A stretch of DNA of 53,102 nt, the filler included, from Sphacelaria rigidula (lineage: Eukaryota): assembly GCA_964200075.2 (NCBI GenBank). It is 3 parts of 3 records of this genome, joined end to end, with 100 filler letters (N's around TTAATTAATTAA, not from the genome) between each part and the next. Parts side by side here need not be neighbours in the genome. Positions count along the whole stretch, not along the records: positions 1 to 17,640 come from CAXNAA020001024.1; 2 more parts are not named here. One strand, given 5' to 3'. Position 1 is the stretch's first letter; every line of letters begins with the position of its first letter. Under the pieces are notes generated by a model, which was not told the DNA's origin, ran no database searches, and saw only the letters and a program-made list of their open reading frames with translations. The translations under genes were made by a program, and so were the position numbers. Of this stretch, positions 1 through 12,371 are shown one piece after another.

Positions 1-70
1 CTCGGAAGGGATGCGTGGTCAATGGTCAAATGACTAAGGCAAGCAACAAATGAGTACGCCCCCCCCCCTC
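1..70. repeat. Dispersed repeat (gggatgcgtggtcaat..atgactaaggcaagcaacaaatgagtacgcccccc)
   Basis: Near-identical at 31627-31670 and 31692-31760; diverged at 28680-28720 and 35130-35200. Confidence 0.8.
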
Positions 71-544
71 CGGCGGTCCTAGGATTGCTTTTGTCTTCAC
101 ATGAAGAAACACTCAATAAATAGCCATTTTGGAACGACTTGGGTGAGGTAGCGCCCATTATTGTTGGCTTTATCTGCCACCACAAGATGCGACGCACGTT
201 GGACGACAATTGGCGGTGCAGATAGATGCGCTAAGCTCGATTGAGCATGCATTGCACAGCATTGTGGTATTTGTCTGGTATTGTTCTTGTCGTGGAAGTG
301 TGATGTGTGATGTATCGCCAGAACTCATGAATATAACTTGGCCTTGGCTCCGAAGGTATGCGACAAATTAAAGCTTCATTAACACAATTTTTAATTTTAA
401 TTTTATTTTGTTTTTATTTTATTTTCATGTATGGGATTTAGTAACCCCCTCCCCCCCCTCCCGAAAACACCGACGATTAAAAAAATCGGCATAGGGTCTC
501 GTATTTGTTTTTTGGGCACTCCTGGTTTTTCATCTATTTGTCGC

Positions 545-606
545 ATTTTGAACCCCACCGCTTTCTCACAATGAGTCCGTGGTCTCAAGTCATCAACCCA
601 TCTCTC
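545..606. repeat. Dispersed repeat, second copy at 53040-53102
   Basis: atgagtccgtggtctcaag...atcaacccatct occurs in both. Confidence 0.75.
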
Positions 607-877
607 CCTCGGTATAATTGTTATCATATTAATAACGATCGTCTTTTATTGTAATGACTGGTGAAACACAAGTAGTACATGTTCTGCCCCTGTCTCCTTT
701 CTCCAGGGTGAACGTTTTGGGTGGGAAATGCTACGTGATCGTTGCGCCGGTGTTGGAGAGTGGGTCACCGACCACCGGCCCATTCACGGCGAACTTCTGC
801 ACGATGTCTTCGAGAGGTGCGTCAGCACTAATATAGAATCACTCGTTCGTGCCGCGTGTTCATCGTGGACCACTTCG

Positions 878-1070
878 AGTGTGTGTGTGTTGTCGTCCCA
901 TCTATTCTGGACGCCAGTCTACACCGTTCGGTTTATGTGGGCGCACCAGCCGGGGTCAAACAGGAGGAAGGTCAACTCAGGAGCTTTTTTCTTTTTACTT
1001 TGTATTTAGTGCCCCCACCTTCCTTCTGCGGCGCTTGCATTGATTTTTTATCGCTTCGAGTGTACTTTTT
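878..1070 (-). mobile_element. SINE/LINE-like 3' end with (CA)n tail
   Basis: (GT)n followed by gttgtcgtcccatctattctggacgcc...cggggtca. A second diverged copy is at ~10910-10995. Retroposon class is inferred from the microsatellite tail. Confidence 0.5.
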
Positions 1071-2309
1071 TTTCAACACCTCCATTGCCGCGTTATGGTG
1101 TACTTCTGTCATGCGGGGTTGGATCATGACTTCACAACGTAAGGTTGTTGTACTACCTGTAGGATGCTGACGCTCATCTTGGCCCCCGACTGCTCAAGAG
1201 AACAGCTGGCGTCGGAAACCCCGTACAAGGGGTCTTGTGATCGAGGCGTTGTCGTCAGATTCGTTTGACCTTCTCGGACAAATTGCTTTTTTTTGTTTTA
1301 TTCCACCCAAAAACGAATTGCTGTGAAGATTATGACGCCAGACTATCGGAGAAATCTTGAGTCAATCTTGATCTGATCTATGGTCTGACTTGGTTGAAAA
1401 ATCTGCTCCTATTTTTCGGAGAGAAATACTTTTTTCCTCCCCCGAAACATCTGGAGATATCGGGGGAAATGCAATCATAGACCCGTTAGGAATACCCCTA
1501 ACTCGGAGAGAACGACAGTGCAGGTTGACAAGGAATTCAGGTTCTACCAGTACCGCCTGCAGCGTGCTCCGGCAGGGTAAACGTCTATCCACGGTTTAAT
1601 TAGACGTGTGGGAATTTTTCGGGATTTTTTCCATTTTTTACGTTTCATTCAACATCCCCCCCTTCCCCCCGATGGGTGATTTCCAAATAGTTTATTTTGC
1701 GATGGCATGTGAGCTCGGACTTGCTACACCAGTTCATCTGCAGTGATTTTCGTTTTCCTATTCCCGGGAGGTACGTCGGTGCAGTTGACGAGTCTAGATT
1801 AGCGTACAAAGCGCCTATTTGGTGTCACTCTCACTTTCCCCCCCAAAATGGCGTTCCTCGACATTTCAAGTCGATCCCCGGGCCTTGCCTGTGTGATCCC
1901 CATCCCCCACCCTCACCATAGCACCAGTCAAGCCCTGCATATGCCCCTCACCATAGCCCTACCCCGCGGCAATACCTTGTCGTGCCCATGCCTGTGCGAC
2001 AACAGGTGCCTCTGCTCGATGTGCTCGACGCTAGGCCTGAGGCAGAAGGTGATGCTTGGCGTGATCGAGTCTTCCCTGGAAGCTGGTAGCGATATGCCCG
2101 CCGTGAGCTTGTGGGTGGCATGTACCCTGCTGTGCATGGCTAAGCAAAAAGACGCTTCATCGCGGGGCTACCGCCAACACGTGAGACGGTGTAACAGCTA
2201 GCACGACGACCCAGACTCGAGGCCAAACGGGTTTCAGTGGTATCGCATTTTCTTGTGTCCGTTTGCGTACGTATGTTGTACAGCCTCCTTGCCTGAAGCT
2301 GTGCTGCAG

Positions 2310-3105
2310 GGGCCGGCACAATTTCGAAACAGCATTTTGCAGGGCACTCACCGGCCCACGCTTGGTACTTGTGTATTGGACTAATGTATGGGACCTCGCT
2401 AGGCCATGATGAACCAATGAAGTGTGCAAGGTTGGTTCTTATTCATTTGTTTGCTCTGGTTTAGGGCGTTTTTAGTATGGGGAAGATCATTTTATCACGA
2501 GAACCCCCTAACCTCTCACGGAAAAATAAAATGAAGGCCCGTTTCTTTTTCTTCGGCATGCCTTCGCGGTTCTCCATGATGAGTTTCAAATAACAATTTT
2601 GTAGATTGAGCCAAAAAACTGAGATAAGTTCTGGGAACATTATCTATTTTCCCTCAAGACTCCCACAAAACACGGGAAAAAAAAAACTTGATTTTGTTTT
2701 ATTTTGCACTAGGGGTTCTCCACACGAAATTTCAAAGCACGACTCTCTAAAACTGAGACGCGATATCCAGATTCAGTGCATGTAGTGCCTCTGCTCGTGA
2801 TATATTGGTTTTAGTACGTAACCGTAGGTGCGCCACATCTCTAGAAAGATAACGAATGAGGCGAAGGTGAGGGTACCGATCGTTTCCCCGTGCTCCAGGG
2901 AATGTCAACACAAATAATCGTCGTCATCCGCGGTATGTACCGTTTGGGATCTCATGAAGACTTCAGTATGAACGCTCTCTCCGTACGGTATAGGAATTGC
3001 TAAACATGGGATTTAGTCAAAACGATATGCGGATCACGGCCCAACTCGTCTGTGTCGCTGAGATATTGCTTTATTGAGAGCTGAAGTCCGCGTCTAGGCC
3101 GGCCC
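2310..3105. mobile_element. Second copy (3' part) of the AGCT-flanked element family
   Basis: Colinear with 32585-33467 (e.g. cggatcacggcccaactcgtctgtgtcg). Ends GGCCGGCCC|AGCT. Confidence 0.75.
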
Positions 3106-4319
3106 AGCTGTTTTATTTTTTGTTGCATTTCTCGCTCCCTTTCAGCTCCCCCGTTTTGTTCTACATTTTCCTTCCGCCTTTGTTCTTTTCTCGAGTTTCC
3201 TGTCGCGAGTGTTCCGTTTTATTTTCCTCGGGTACGTTCATCTCATGGATAGCGACCGCAGCAGGTGTTTAGTCGAGAACCGGGGACTGTGCGACGAGCG
3301 ACCAACCAATGAGATCTATCAATCAAGCTAGTTCGAAAAGTCTTCGAGCACGTGTTGGGAATGTGTTCGCCACTACTGTTCCCCGCATCCAACACACGCC
3401 ATATATATCTCGTCCCCCCGACGGTGACTGTACTCTCTGCAGTCCAGCACGATTATGGATGCCGTTAGGGCGGCGGCTGGACGGCCGCGGTCGTTCGCGG
3501 CCTTGGAGGAAGCCGCACCGATGAACCTGCAAGACTTCTTGACGGGGTACGCCGCAGCCGTGGCCCCTCCAAAGTCCGCTGAGAGCAGCCACGGAATCCT
3601 GCGGTCGGTGGTCCTTGCGGTCCACGGGTGGGCCAATTTTGCGGGGGGCATGGTGTCGTCTTGTTTGTAGATTGATGTGTGGCTTCAGCTGTCTATTACG
3701 AAGTCGCAGTTTCGACTGTGAAAGTGCAGCGTGTTGTTGTTGAGGTGGAAATCGTCGTGATCTACGCCGTGTGGTGTTGACGGTGTGTATTGTTTCAGCC
3801 ACTCATCAAACAAATATGGAGTCTGTTGGGCTCTCGATGTGCGCAGCCCAACAGACTCTATATTTGTTTGATGAGTGGCTGAAACAATACACACAGTTGA
3901 AACCGTACATGCGCCCGCACGTCGAGGCGTAGCACGAAGTCAACGGTGATGAGGCTCTCGCGTTGTTGGTGCCTAGCCTACCTTGCTGGGCCTTGGTGTC
4001 GTGGAGGTGCGCGGAGGACCGTGCTCCTCCACTGGGAGTTGTGCGGCGTGTTCTTCCGAGTAGTGCGAGTATAATGGTGTTCGTATCGAGTGTTTCTCCA
4101 TCTGTTCGCGGGTGGATTGAGACGTCTGCGAACGCCAGATATACGTGGCGGTTGTGGAGTTCGTGTGATGTGTTGTGTGTTTCAGCGTTGAGAAGAACTG
4201 GTGTGGAAGTATGTAACCAGAACAGACTAGCTGGTGCACGATGCGCGTTGTTGCTGCATCACTTTCATGTAGTCGACGTATTTTTTGTTATTGCGATTCA
4301 GGGGTAAGCTTTGTCTGTC

Positions 4320-4367
<48 letters not shown>
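4320..4367. repeat. (GTA)n microsatellite, ~15-16 units
   Basis: Read directly. Other SSRs: (GT)n 14398-14423 and 20913-20942, (TA)n 35878-35899, (GATTT)n 36845-36874. Confidence 0.98.
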
Positions 4368-4368
<1 letters not shown>

Positions 4369-5299
4369 TCAGAAAAATGTCGACAGTATCGGGGAAACTT
4401 CTTCACCATTCGGTATGAAGAAGCTTCGTTGTTAGATATTACTCGAGGTTTGATGCGAGGTGCAGGGTAATGTGTGTGACCATCCATCGTTCCATGGTGG
4501 TGAGTAAATAAATGCCTCCAGCGTTACGTTGAGCCTGTGTTATTGTGTAGCGCTGTAGTCGTAAATATTGTGTAGGTGTACAAAGCAGTATGCCACAATC
4601 GCAGGCCATCGTTGACAGCATCACCTGCTTATCTCAGCTGGCTCGTGCATTTTTGGCAGGGGTGAAGGTATGTGGCAAATACCTCGGCCGTGATATGGGA
4701 CCAGTATTGGACATCGGTTAATCGTGTAGCTGTTTTCGGTTAAACTGTACCTGTACCAATAGTGCAATGTGCTCTCATGTCGGCAACATCTTGCCTCGTT
4801 CAGGAAAAAGAGATGTACCCCTTTTTTGCCCTGCTTGTGTTCTGCTTCTGACTGATTATAGTGTCCTCCTCCATTGTGCCGTAGCATGGCGTTGAAAATG
4901 CCGGCACACTCAACAACCTATTCGCCGGACTGAGTGTCTTGCATTTGATGTCGAGAGAACCCATAGAAGTGGAAACCTTACATGCTTGTTCACGCTCAGC
5001 CGTGGGCATGTGAAAAAAGGCGATGGACGGATTTAGGTTGAAGGCCGTAGCATCGGCGCCAAGGGCAACAAGGTACCTGCCGACCGATCAGCGCCCTTGA
5101 AGCTATTCTGAAATGAAAATATGAATTCCCAACTCAATTTTTACGAAATGCTCACATGCTTCAAGTCGTATAGTGACAAACCACCATCAGGTCGGGAATC
5201 GAACGGAAAAAACGGTTTCGAAAACATTTCCTTTGGGCTCAACGTATCCCCGAAACCACAGTATTTCGATCATGTAGGGTTTGGGTGTCGGTGGGTTCT

Positions 5300-7400
5300 T
5301 GCTGATGATAGATATGCACTCAAACCCGAGAGAGCCTCGTGACGGTTTACTCCACATCTATCGTGGAAGAGCTCCGGTCCCCTCGAAACTCGGCAGTTGG
5401 GTAGGTATTGGTGCTCCAAATAGGAAGATGTATCGTTGACGAGGAATCTCAAGCTTTCTTCGCTCGTTACCGGCTTGCGGGCGTCTTCACCTCGGAATCA
5501 AGACCCCGGGGAGCCGGTCACGAACGCCTAAAAAAATACAACGAAAGATGTACAGTAGTCAGCGCCAGAAGTATGCAGAATCCGTAATTTCTTACTTTCT
5601 CGAACATTGTCCAAATTTGTTTTGCTTTCCACCGCTCATCGCAGTGACCGTTGGATGCCAAAAAATGGTGCATCCGGAGATATTTGAATCCTCTTGACAA
5701 GCTCTGAAAGAGAAAATATCTGCGATCAATCATGAGTGACTTACGGGCTTGAACGATCTTCGGGGGTCCTGCGAAAATACGAACCCAGGCTCAAGCTTTT
5801 CGGTGTTTTTGGTGGACCGACTCGATCCGGATTATATCAGTAGTAAGTGAAGGCTCGAAAAGGATTGTCTTTTTGAAATTCCACCTAGCCCCTGCGCTCA
5901 TGCAGGTAAACTATGTTTCTTGGGCCATCTACGGTCAAAAACACCCTCGTGACAAACGGGGTCTTTACCCGGTATCGCCCCCACAACACCAACTTGGACG
6001 ATTGTGATTTGAGCACGGTTTGCTTGTTTTGCCGAAACTATCGACGCTAACACTTTCGGGTGCTCATGGGAAATGTTACGCGAGAAAAAAACGAAAATAG
6101 GCCATCCCCGCAGAAAATGTGAGACTGAGGTATGTGCAGTATGGGAGGGAAACACGATCTCGATCGTTATTGTGAAGAATTATATACGTACTAGTTTACC
6201 TGAATATTTACCGTTTCGTCGCTCAAGAGCGGAAAACTGCTCATATTGGACCAAAAACGGTCAATAACACCCGCCTGATAAACGGGGTATCAAGTTCGTA
6301 TCGCCCCAAAAACACCAACGTGAACACTGCAGTTTGAGCGCGGCCTACGCTTTCTCCCTAAATCTACCGACGCTAGCACTTCCAAGTAATGGCGTAGAAA
6401 GGTACTCCAGAAAAACTCAGAAAAAAGGACAACTACGAATTCTGAAAACTTCTGATACTGACTACTTATGCACGCCCTGGAGTAGTCCAAGGAGTAAATG
6501 TGTAGAAGTGTTCGTGGCGTAAGTCGAAAAACTAATCCAATGAGGTCGTCGTCACGTTGACCCCTCCTACCGCCATGTTAGGGTCATCTCCTGAAACGGC
6601 ATCACTTTCACTTGGAAAAATACTGCATGGCCACATGACCTACCCACTCTCGCGGTCAAAGGGCTGAATGTACCCCAACAAACAGCCGGTTATAACACTA
6701 AAAGCAAGTACCTAGGAGTTTGTATCTTTGAAGCTTTCTTCAATGCACAAAAGCCATCCTGCTAACGCCGTTTTCTCAAAGTTAGGCTCTGAGACTTCCC
6801 ACGCATATTATACTATAGGCCGTCATGACACTCTCCAAGATTGAGTCTTTTTTTACGCCGGTTATCGGGGGTCCCAAAATTACATTTGATCCACCAGGAC
6901 CCTGGAATCCACGGTAATCGGCGAAAAACAAGAACAATCGAGAGAACTCGATCTCGGAAAGTTTCTTCATGCTGTGTATGTATGTTGTGCATATTTTCAG
7001 ATTACAATACCATCGAACGGCGTTGTATAATAATGCGCACGAAAGACCCAGAGAGCCTAGTGACGGTGTCCCCTACTAAATATTATGTTGTAGAAAAGCT
7101 CAGTTCGCCCTCAGACTTGGCAGTTCCGCAGGTCAGGTATTGATGCTCAAAATGGGAAAATTGTATTATTCTTGACAACAAGATACTTCATGGTTTCTCC
7201 GTTCTCTACCGGCTTCCGGGGGTCCCAGTATCAAGACCCCCGGGAGTCGGTCCAGAATGCCCTACAAGAAAAACAATAAAATGATGGGTTCCGCGATAGT
7301 CCAAGGAACACATGTATAAAAGATTGGTGAGGGAACTCGAAAGCATCCTACATACAGTTTTTCTTGCCTTGACGTAAAGTTCACCCCAAAAGACCTTTAC
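5300..7400. repeat. Mosaic of diverged direct repeats (5320-5560 vs 7040-7300; 5970-6100 vs 6297-6430)
   Basis: Shared gagagcct.gtgacggt, tcaagacccc.gggag.cggtc and gtatcgcccc.a.aacaccaac. Confidence 0.7.
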
Positions 7401-8189
7401 GTACTGAAACCAAGTAGTTAGGAGTCGCACGTTTCAAGCCCACGTCCTCCATAAACGCGCAAACCTTCACGCCTTCACTAAGAGTTAGATGCTGAAACTT
7501 TGCACAAATATGCCATGTGTCATTTCGCAGCTTTCTCTGGACGAGGGTTTTGTATTTCTTGAGGTTTTCATCGTTTTTCGAGGGTCCGCCACAGGATCCA
7601 AGTCATTTTTCGAAGCAGTCTCCATTCTGGGACCCCGGGAAACCGGCCCTGCGATATTTTCTTTCACTTATTATTCGTGAACGAGCTGTCGCTGCATAAC
7701 CCAAGGAAGGACCACACAAAATTTCGTCGCGAAACACGATCAACTGATGCTTGACTTTTCATGTTCACGTCAAAGAAGGCTCAAAAACGCCGTTTTCTTA
7801 CTAGAATCACGTGGTAGTTTGCGGTTTCACTGCGGAACGTCAAAGTTCATCGCACAAAAGCGAAAATCCTCATGCCGTTTGAAGGAGTCAGACCCCAAAT
7901 TTCTGCACAACAACTGTCCTATTGGCCATCACGCAACTCTGTATGAACGAGTTTTTTTAGTTTTGTTTTCACTACCGTTTTAAAGGGGTCCAATTGGATC
8001 GATATGTTTCCCGGAAAAAACTGGGACCCCCAATAAACGGTGGGAGAAGTCAAAAAGTCGAAAAACCTCGGCCTTCGGAAGTTGCGTAATGCCCCATGGA
8101 ACATCTGTGCAAAATTTTAGGGTATAACTCCTGAAAACGGCGTGAGGTTTTGCCGATGAGTGTTTTTTGGGTGATGAGCGTGAACCAGC

Positions 8190-8650
8190 CTATCTATACG
8201 AAATTTCAGAAAAAAAACTCTGTCAAAAACTGAGACGCGATATATATTCAGATTTGAGGCACATAGTGCCTCTGCTCGTAATATACTGATTTCAGTATGG
8301 AGCCTCATGTGCGCTATATCTCGAAATATATTATTAGGTGAATGTGAAGGTGAGGGGGTATCTATCGTCTCCCTGTGCTCCACTGTCCAGGGAAGGTCCA
8401 CACCAAAAATCGGCATCATCCGCTGAACGTATCGTTCGAGGTTTCATATAGATTTTAGTGCGGACGCTATCGCCGTACGGTATAGGAATCACTAGACATG
8501 GGGTTTAATCAACGAGAAAATATTGACCCAGCCTTTTGAGCAGATGGGCACCTTCCCCTTGATTGGGCGATTATTATAATATGCGGATCACGGCTCAACT
8601 CGTCTGTGTCGACGAGATATTGCTTTTAGAGCTTACATCCGCTTTTAGGC
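8190..8650. mobile_element. Third, truncated copy of the same family
   Basis: Matches 33020-33460 and stops at ttttaggct, just short of the terminus. Confidence 0.75.
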
Positions 8651-10002
8651 TCAAACATTCCACATGATCTAGATCGATATTTTTAAGTATACGTGATTGA
8701 TATCATTGGCCCGATTCACGGTCCATTTCTTCCGCACACAGTGGTCGGTGCGGACATCCCGAGACGTGGTACACAACGTGGGCCCCCATTCCGACCCATA
8801 CTATCAGTACAGACAGTACTACCGTACTGTACAGTTGTCTGTCTGATCGGCATAAATTGTGTCCCGAGTGTTGTGCATGTTTCGTACGGTAGGATGTGAA
8901 GAAGCGGGCAACGTGCATTACACACAGCACAGGACTACTATCTGTAGTCTGCGACAGTGCGACGTGAAGAGGGCACGAACAAAGTGCGGTTTGTACGGCC
9001 GGCGCTCGCCATGAGCGTGTACGCAAGTCGGTCGCCAGCCTCACGACGCAATCCAGTCGCTGACCCCCACCATCATGGAAGATACTCAAGTTTTCGCCGA
9101 CAATATGGACACATCATGCCCAACTACTGCGGTGCATCTATCCCTGTGCCTATCTCGTGCTCTATCCTGCTGGGTTGCGGTGGCAGCTGAGAATGCATCA
9201 TTTGAGGTCTGCATGGTTCTGCTAACAGGTGGTATCTGGCGTGGTGGTCTGCAAGATAATTCAAGAGTCCAGCTATGTTTTGATGGTGAGCCTGCGACCG
9301 TCGAAGGCACGTCCTGCCAGTTGTCTCATCAGTTGGACCAGCGGAACGGATACAGAAGGTACGTGCTGGGCATAAACCGCGTATGTAAGTTCAATTATTC
9401 GTAATGTACCAGCGTGCGCTTGGCGGTACGGTTCTATATTGCCTCTACGAGTATAGGCGTACGATTATTTACCATTTGTTATATGTTCACAAAGTAGCTC
9501 GGTCGGCTGCTGTGCTACAAGTATGTGATAATGTGAACGGCTACTGCTGCTTCGCCACTAGCTGGTGGCAATTCGTCTTTGCATGTGTGTGTGGGCTGTG
9601 GTGCTGTCTGTGAGCGTCTCGTACCCTGTCTCTGCCGTACCGTATGTGTCGTGCCGTATGCTGCGTGCGAATTGTGTGTCGGCTCTGGCGCGCAGGTGGA
9701 TTCGAAAATGTGTTCTCGAAGTCGGACCCGCGGGTCTGCTCAAACTTGCTACTGTATGGAACTGGTTCTACTCTCGGGGTATGTGGTGTGAATCTGCTCG
9801 TGAGGGTAGAAATAAGGCGGACCCATGGGTCTTCTCAAACATGCTATCTATGGAGGTGATTCCACTCTAGGGCTAGGTTCTGTGTATCTGCCGGTGGAGG
9901 GAGAAATACGCCGGCCGGAAGTCAAGTGCCCCCTCGTCCCTTTTCTCCGCGTGTTTTCGATCGATAGGGCTTGCATTAGGCATGTCTTCGGACATGATTT
10001 TT

Positions 10003-10862
10003 TTGATCAAAAATGTGCGGTGGGGCACAATATTTCCGACCTGATAGGTCGTGATTTCAACCATGTTCAAAATAAACTTCGACCGTCGGAACCACGACCC
10101 ATCATATCAGAGCTTCCGTATACACCGCACCTTGTTGATCGAAAAATAATCTGCTAAGGCGGTTTCCGAGCTGGTGTCTTAGCACATTAGTTTTCGATCG
10201 ATAGTGTGCGGTGGAACACAATTTTTCGACCTCATGGGTCGTAATTTCGTACTATCAGTCATGGTCGACAATTTTGACGATGGTGGAAAACATGATCTAT
10301 CAGATCAGGATTATGGTTTTCCACCGCTCATTTTCGATCGAAAAATAGCTCTTATGTGGCATTGTAAGACACGGCCTTAGCAAATCATTGTTTTGTTCGA
10401 GAAAGTGCGGTGGAACACAAAATATCCGATCTGATAGATCGTGAGTACAACCATCTTCAAAATTTCCCACGACAGTTCGAGTCACCATCTATCATATCGG
10501 AGTTTCCCGTTTTTACCGCACATTTTCGATCGCGAAAGTGTGGTGGTCAACGAAATTTCCCATCTGATAGGTCGTGTTTTCAACCATCTCCAAAAGAAAC
10601 CACGACAGTTCAACTCACGACCCATGAGATCCTAATTTTCCTTGTCCACCGCACGTTTTCGATTGGAAACAACTGACTAATGCGCTGAGACACGCCCTTG
10701 CTCGGAACATCATTGTCCGATCGAAAAAGTGCGGTGGAACACAAAAAAACCCATCTCAGAGGTCGTGAGCACGACCATCTTCAAAATGAAGTACGTTGAT
10801 GGTTGAAACCACGACTCATCAGATCGGAGTTTGCCTTTTCCACCGCACATTTTCGACCGAAA
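10003..10862. repeat. Tandem array of ~5 individually palindromic 140-190-bp units
   Basis: Each unit reads cgatcgaaaa.gtgcggtggaa...tgataggtcgtga...cacgac.catcag...ttccaccgcacattttcgatcg. Confidence 0.8.
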
Positions 10863-11231
10863 AATAATGTGCCAAGATACGCTCGAAGACTCGACCTCAG
10901 CAGTACAGACAGTGTGTGTATCTATGTTGTCATTCCACCTATTCTGAACGCCGGTCTACACCTTCCGGCATACGTACGCGGGGTCATGTTGGACTAACCA
11001 CCACTTACTTCCAGAACGGCCGCGTTTCTGAACGTGTGTACAGATAACCCCGCTTTTGACGAGAAGACTCGAACTAAATGGCCGTTGTCGGGGCAATCAT
11101 TTCTCGACAGCGATTTTTGAAGGGTGCTCATCATGTTCGAGAAGAAGCCGCTCAAGCTCAATGGCTTGATGTTTGTTACGCCGCCACATATATTTCAATG
11201 GGAACATTTCACACGCCGGACTGACTGCCCA

Positions 11232-11378
11232 TGAGAAAAAGCAGCGTCCCCCCGCGGATGTTGTTGTAGTACAAAAGAGGCAATTTCCCAAACCGTACGA
11301 CGGGACCGCTGTTGAGAAAAAAAGAAGCATCTCCCGGCGAGTGTTGTTGTAGTACAAAAGAGGCAAATTTCCAAATTG
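11232..11378. repeat. Two-unit ~82-bp tandem repeat
   Basis: tgttgttgtagtacaaaagaggcaa occurs twice. Confidence 0.8.
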
Positions 11379-12371
11379 GAACACCGGCAACGCCCACCGC
11401 CCTCACAACCAGAAGCACTTCCCCATAGCTCATCCCTGACCGCTGCTACAGCGGGCATCGAGGACCCCAAAACTGCGGAGTGAAAGGTATGAATGAGATT
11501 CTCGTTGGATGATTTCAGGCCCGTAGAGGAAGAAAGATGGCTGTACTGTGCGGTGTTCCTGCCGCATTGATCACACGATATGGTTGATCACCAGAGATAT
11601 ACGAGTGAAGGATGCATGGCGGGTGTGTTAGAGATGACGTGCCTGTAGGTATATTGGGGGCGTGTTCGACGAGTACTTTGTCCAGCCACGTGCACCATCG
11701 TCCCATCACTCTTTCTTTGACTGTTTTACGGCTTCCACCTGTGTCGTTGTTTGGCGACGGCTCCTCGCATCATGCCATGTTGTACTACTCCGTTGCGTTT
11801 AGAAAAAGTCCTCGACAGCTTTGGAGAGTTTCTTTACTCGAGCCACTTCTCACTTCTTACAAATTCAGGCATGCGTTGTTGTGTGTGCTTTTGCGCCTGA
11901 TATTTTTCATGCAAACCAATCATCTGCCCACGCAGCTCTCCCGTGTCCTATCCTCCAAGTCGCCGTGCTAAATAGACTACATCATCTCAACCCACACCTA
12001 GCCCTACACAGCGTGCCACCTGCAAAAAAGGGCTCGACCGCATTGATATGAAATGCTGTACTGCACGTCCCGCTTTCCTTGTCTGCGCATGTTTGGCTCG
12101 CGAAGATGATATTCATAACTGAATCGAGGTTGAATACGGCGCTACTGCTGCTATCGATTTGCCCGGTCGAGACGGCAGTATTCTGCCTGGTGATGCTGCT
12201 ACTGCAGGTCACTCGCAATACCTCCGTGGCGGGGAAGAGAGGGTTGTGGTTCAGGTGAGCGGCATGCCTGACGGGTTGCAATGCATTCTGTACTTTGTCC
12301 CCGTAATGTCACCACGGCAATATCGTGTTGTATCTCAGGATCCTTATTGTGATGGCGTGGCTGGCAATAAA

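Noticed and set aside
3455-3670. GC-rich 71-aa ORF (MDAVRAAAG...)
   Set aside because: It could be an exon, but no homology, clear splice partners or motif could be established.
11500-12350. Possible decayed LINE or coding sequence
   Set aside because: No RT, endonuclease or transposase motif was found in the frames examined.
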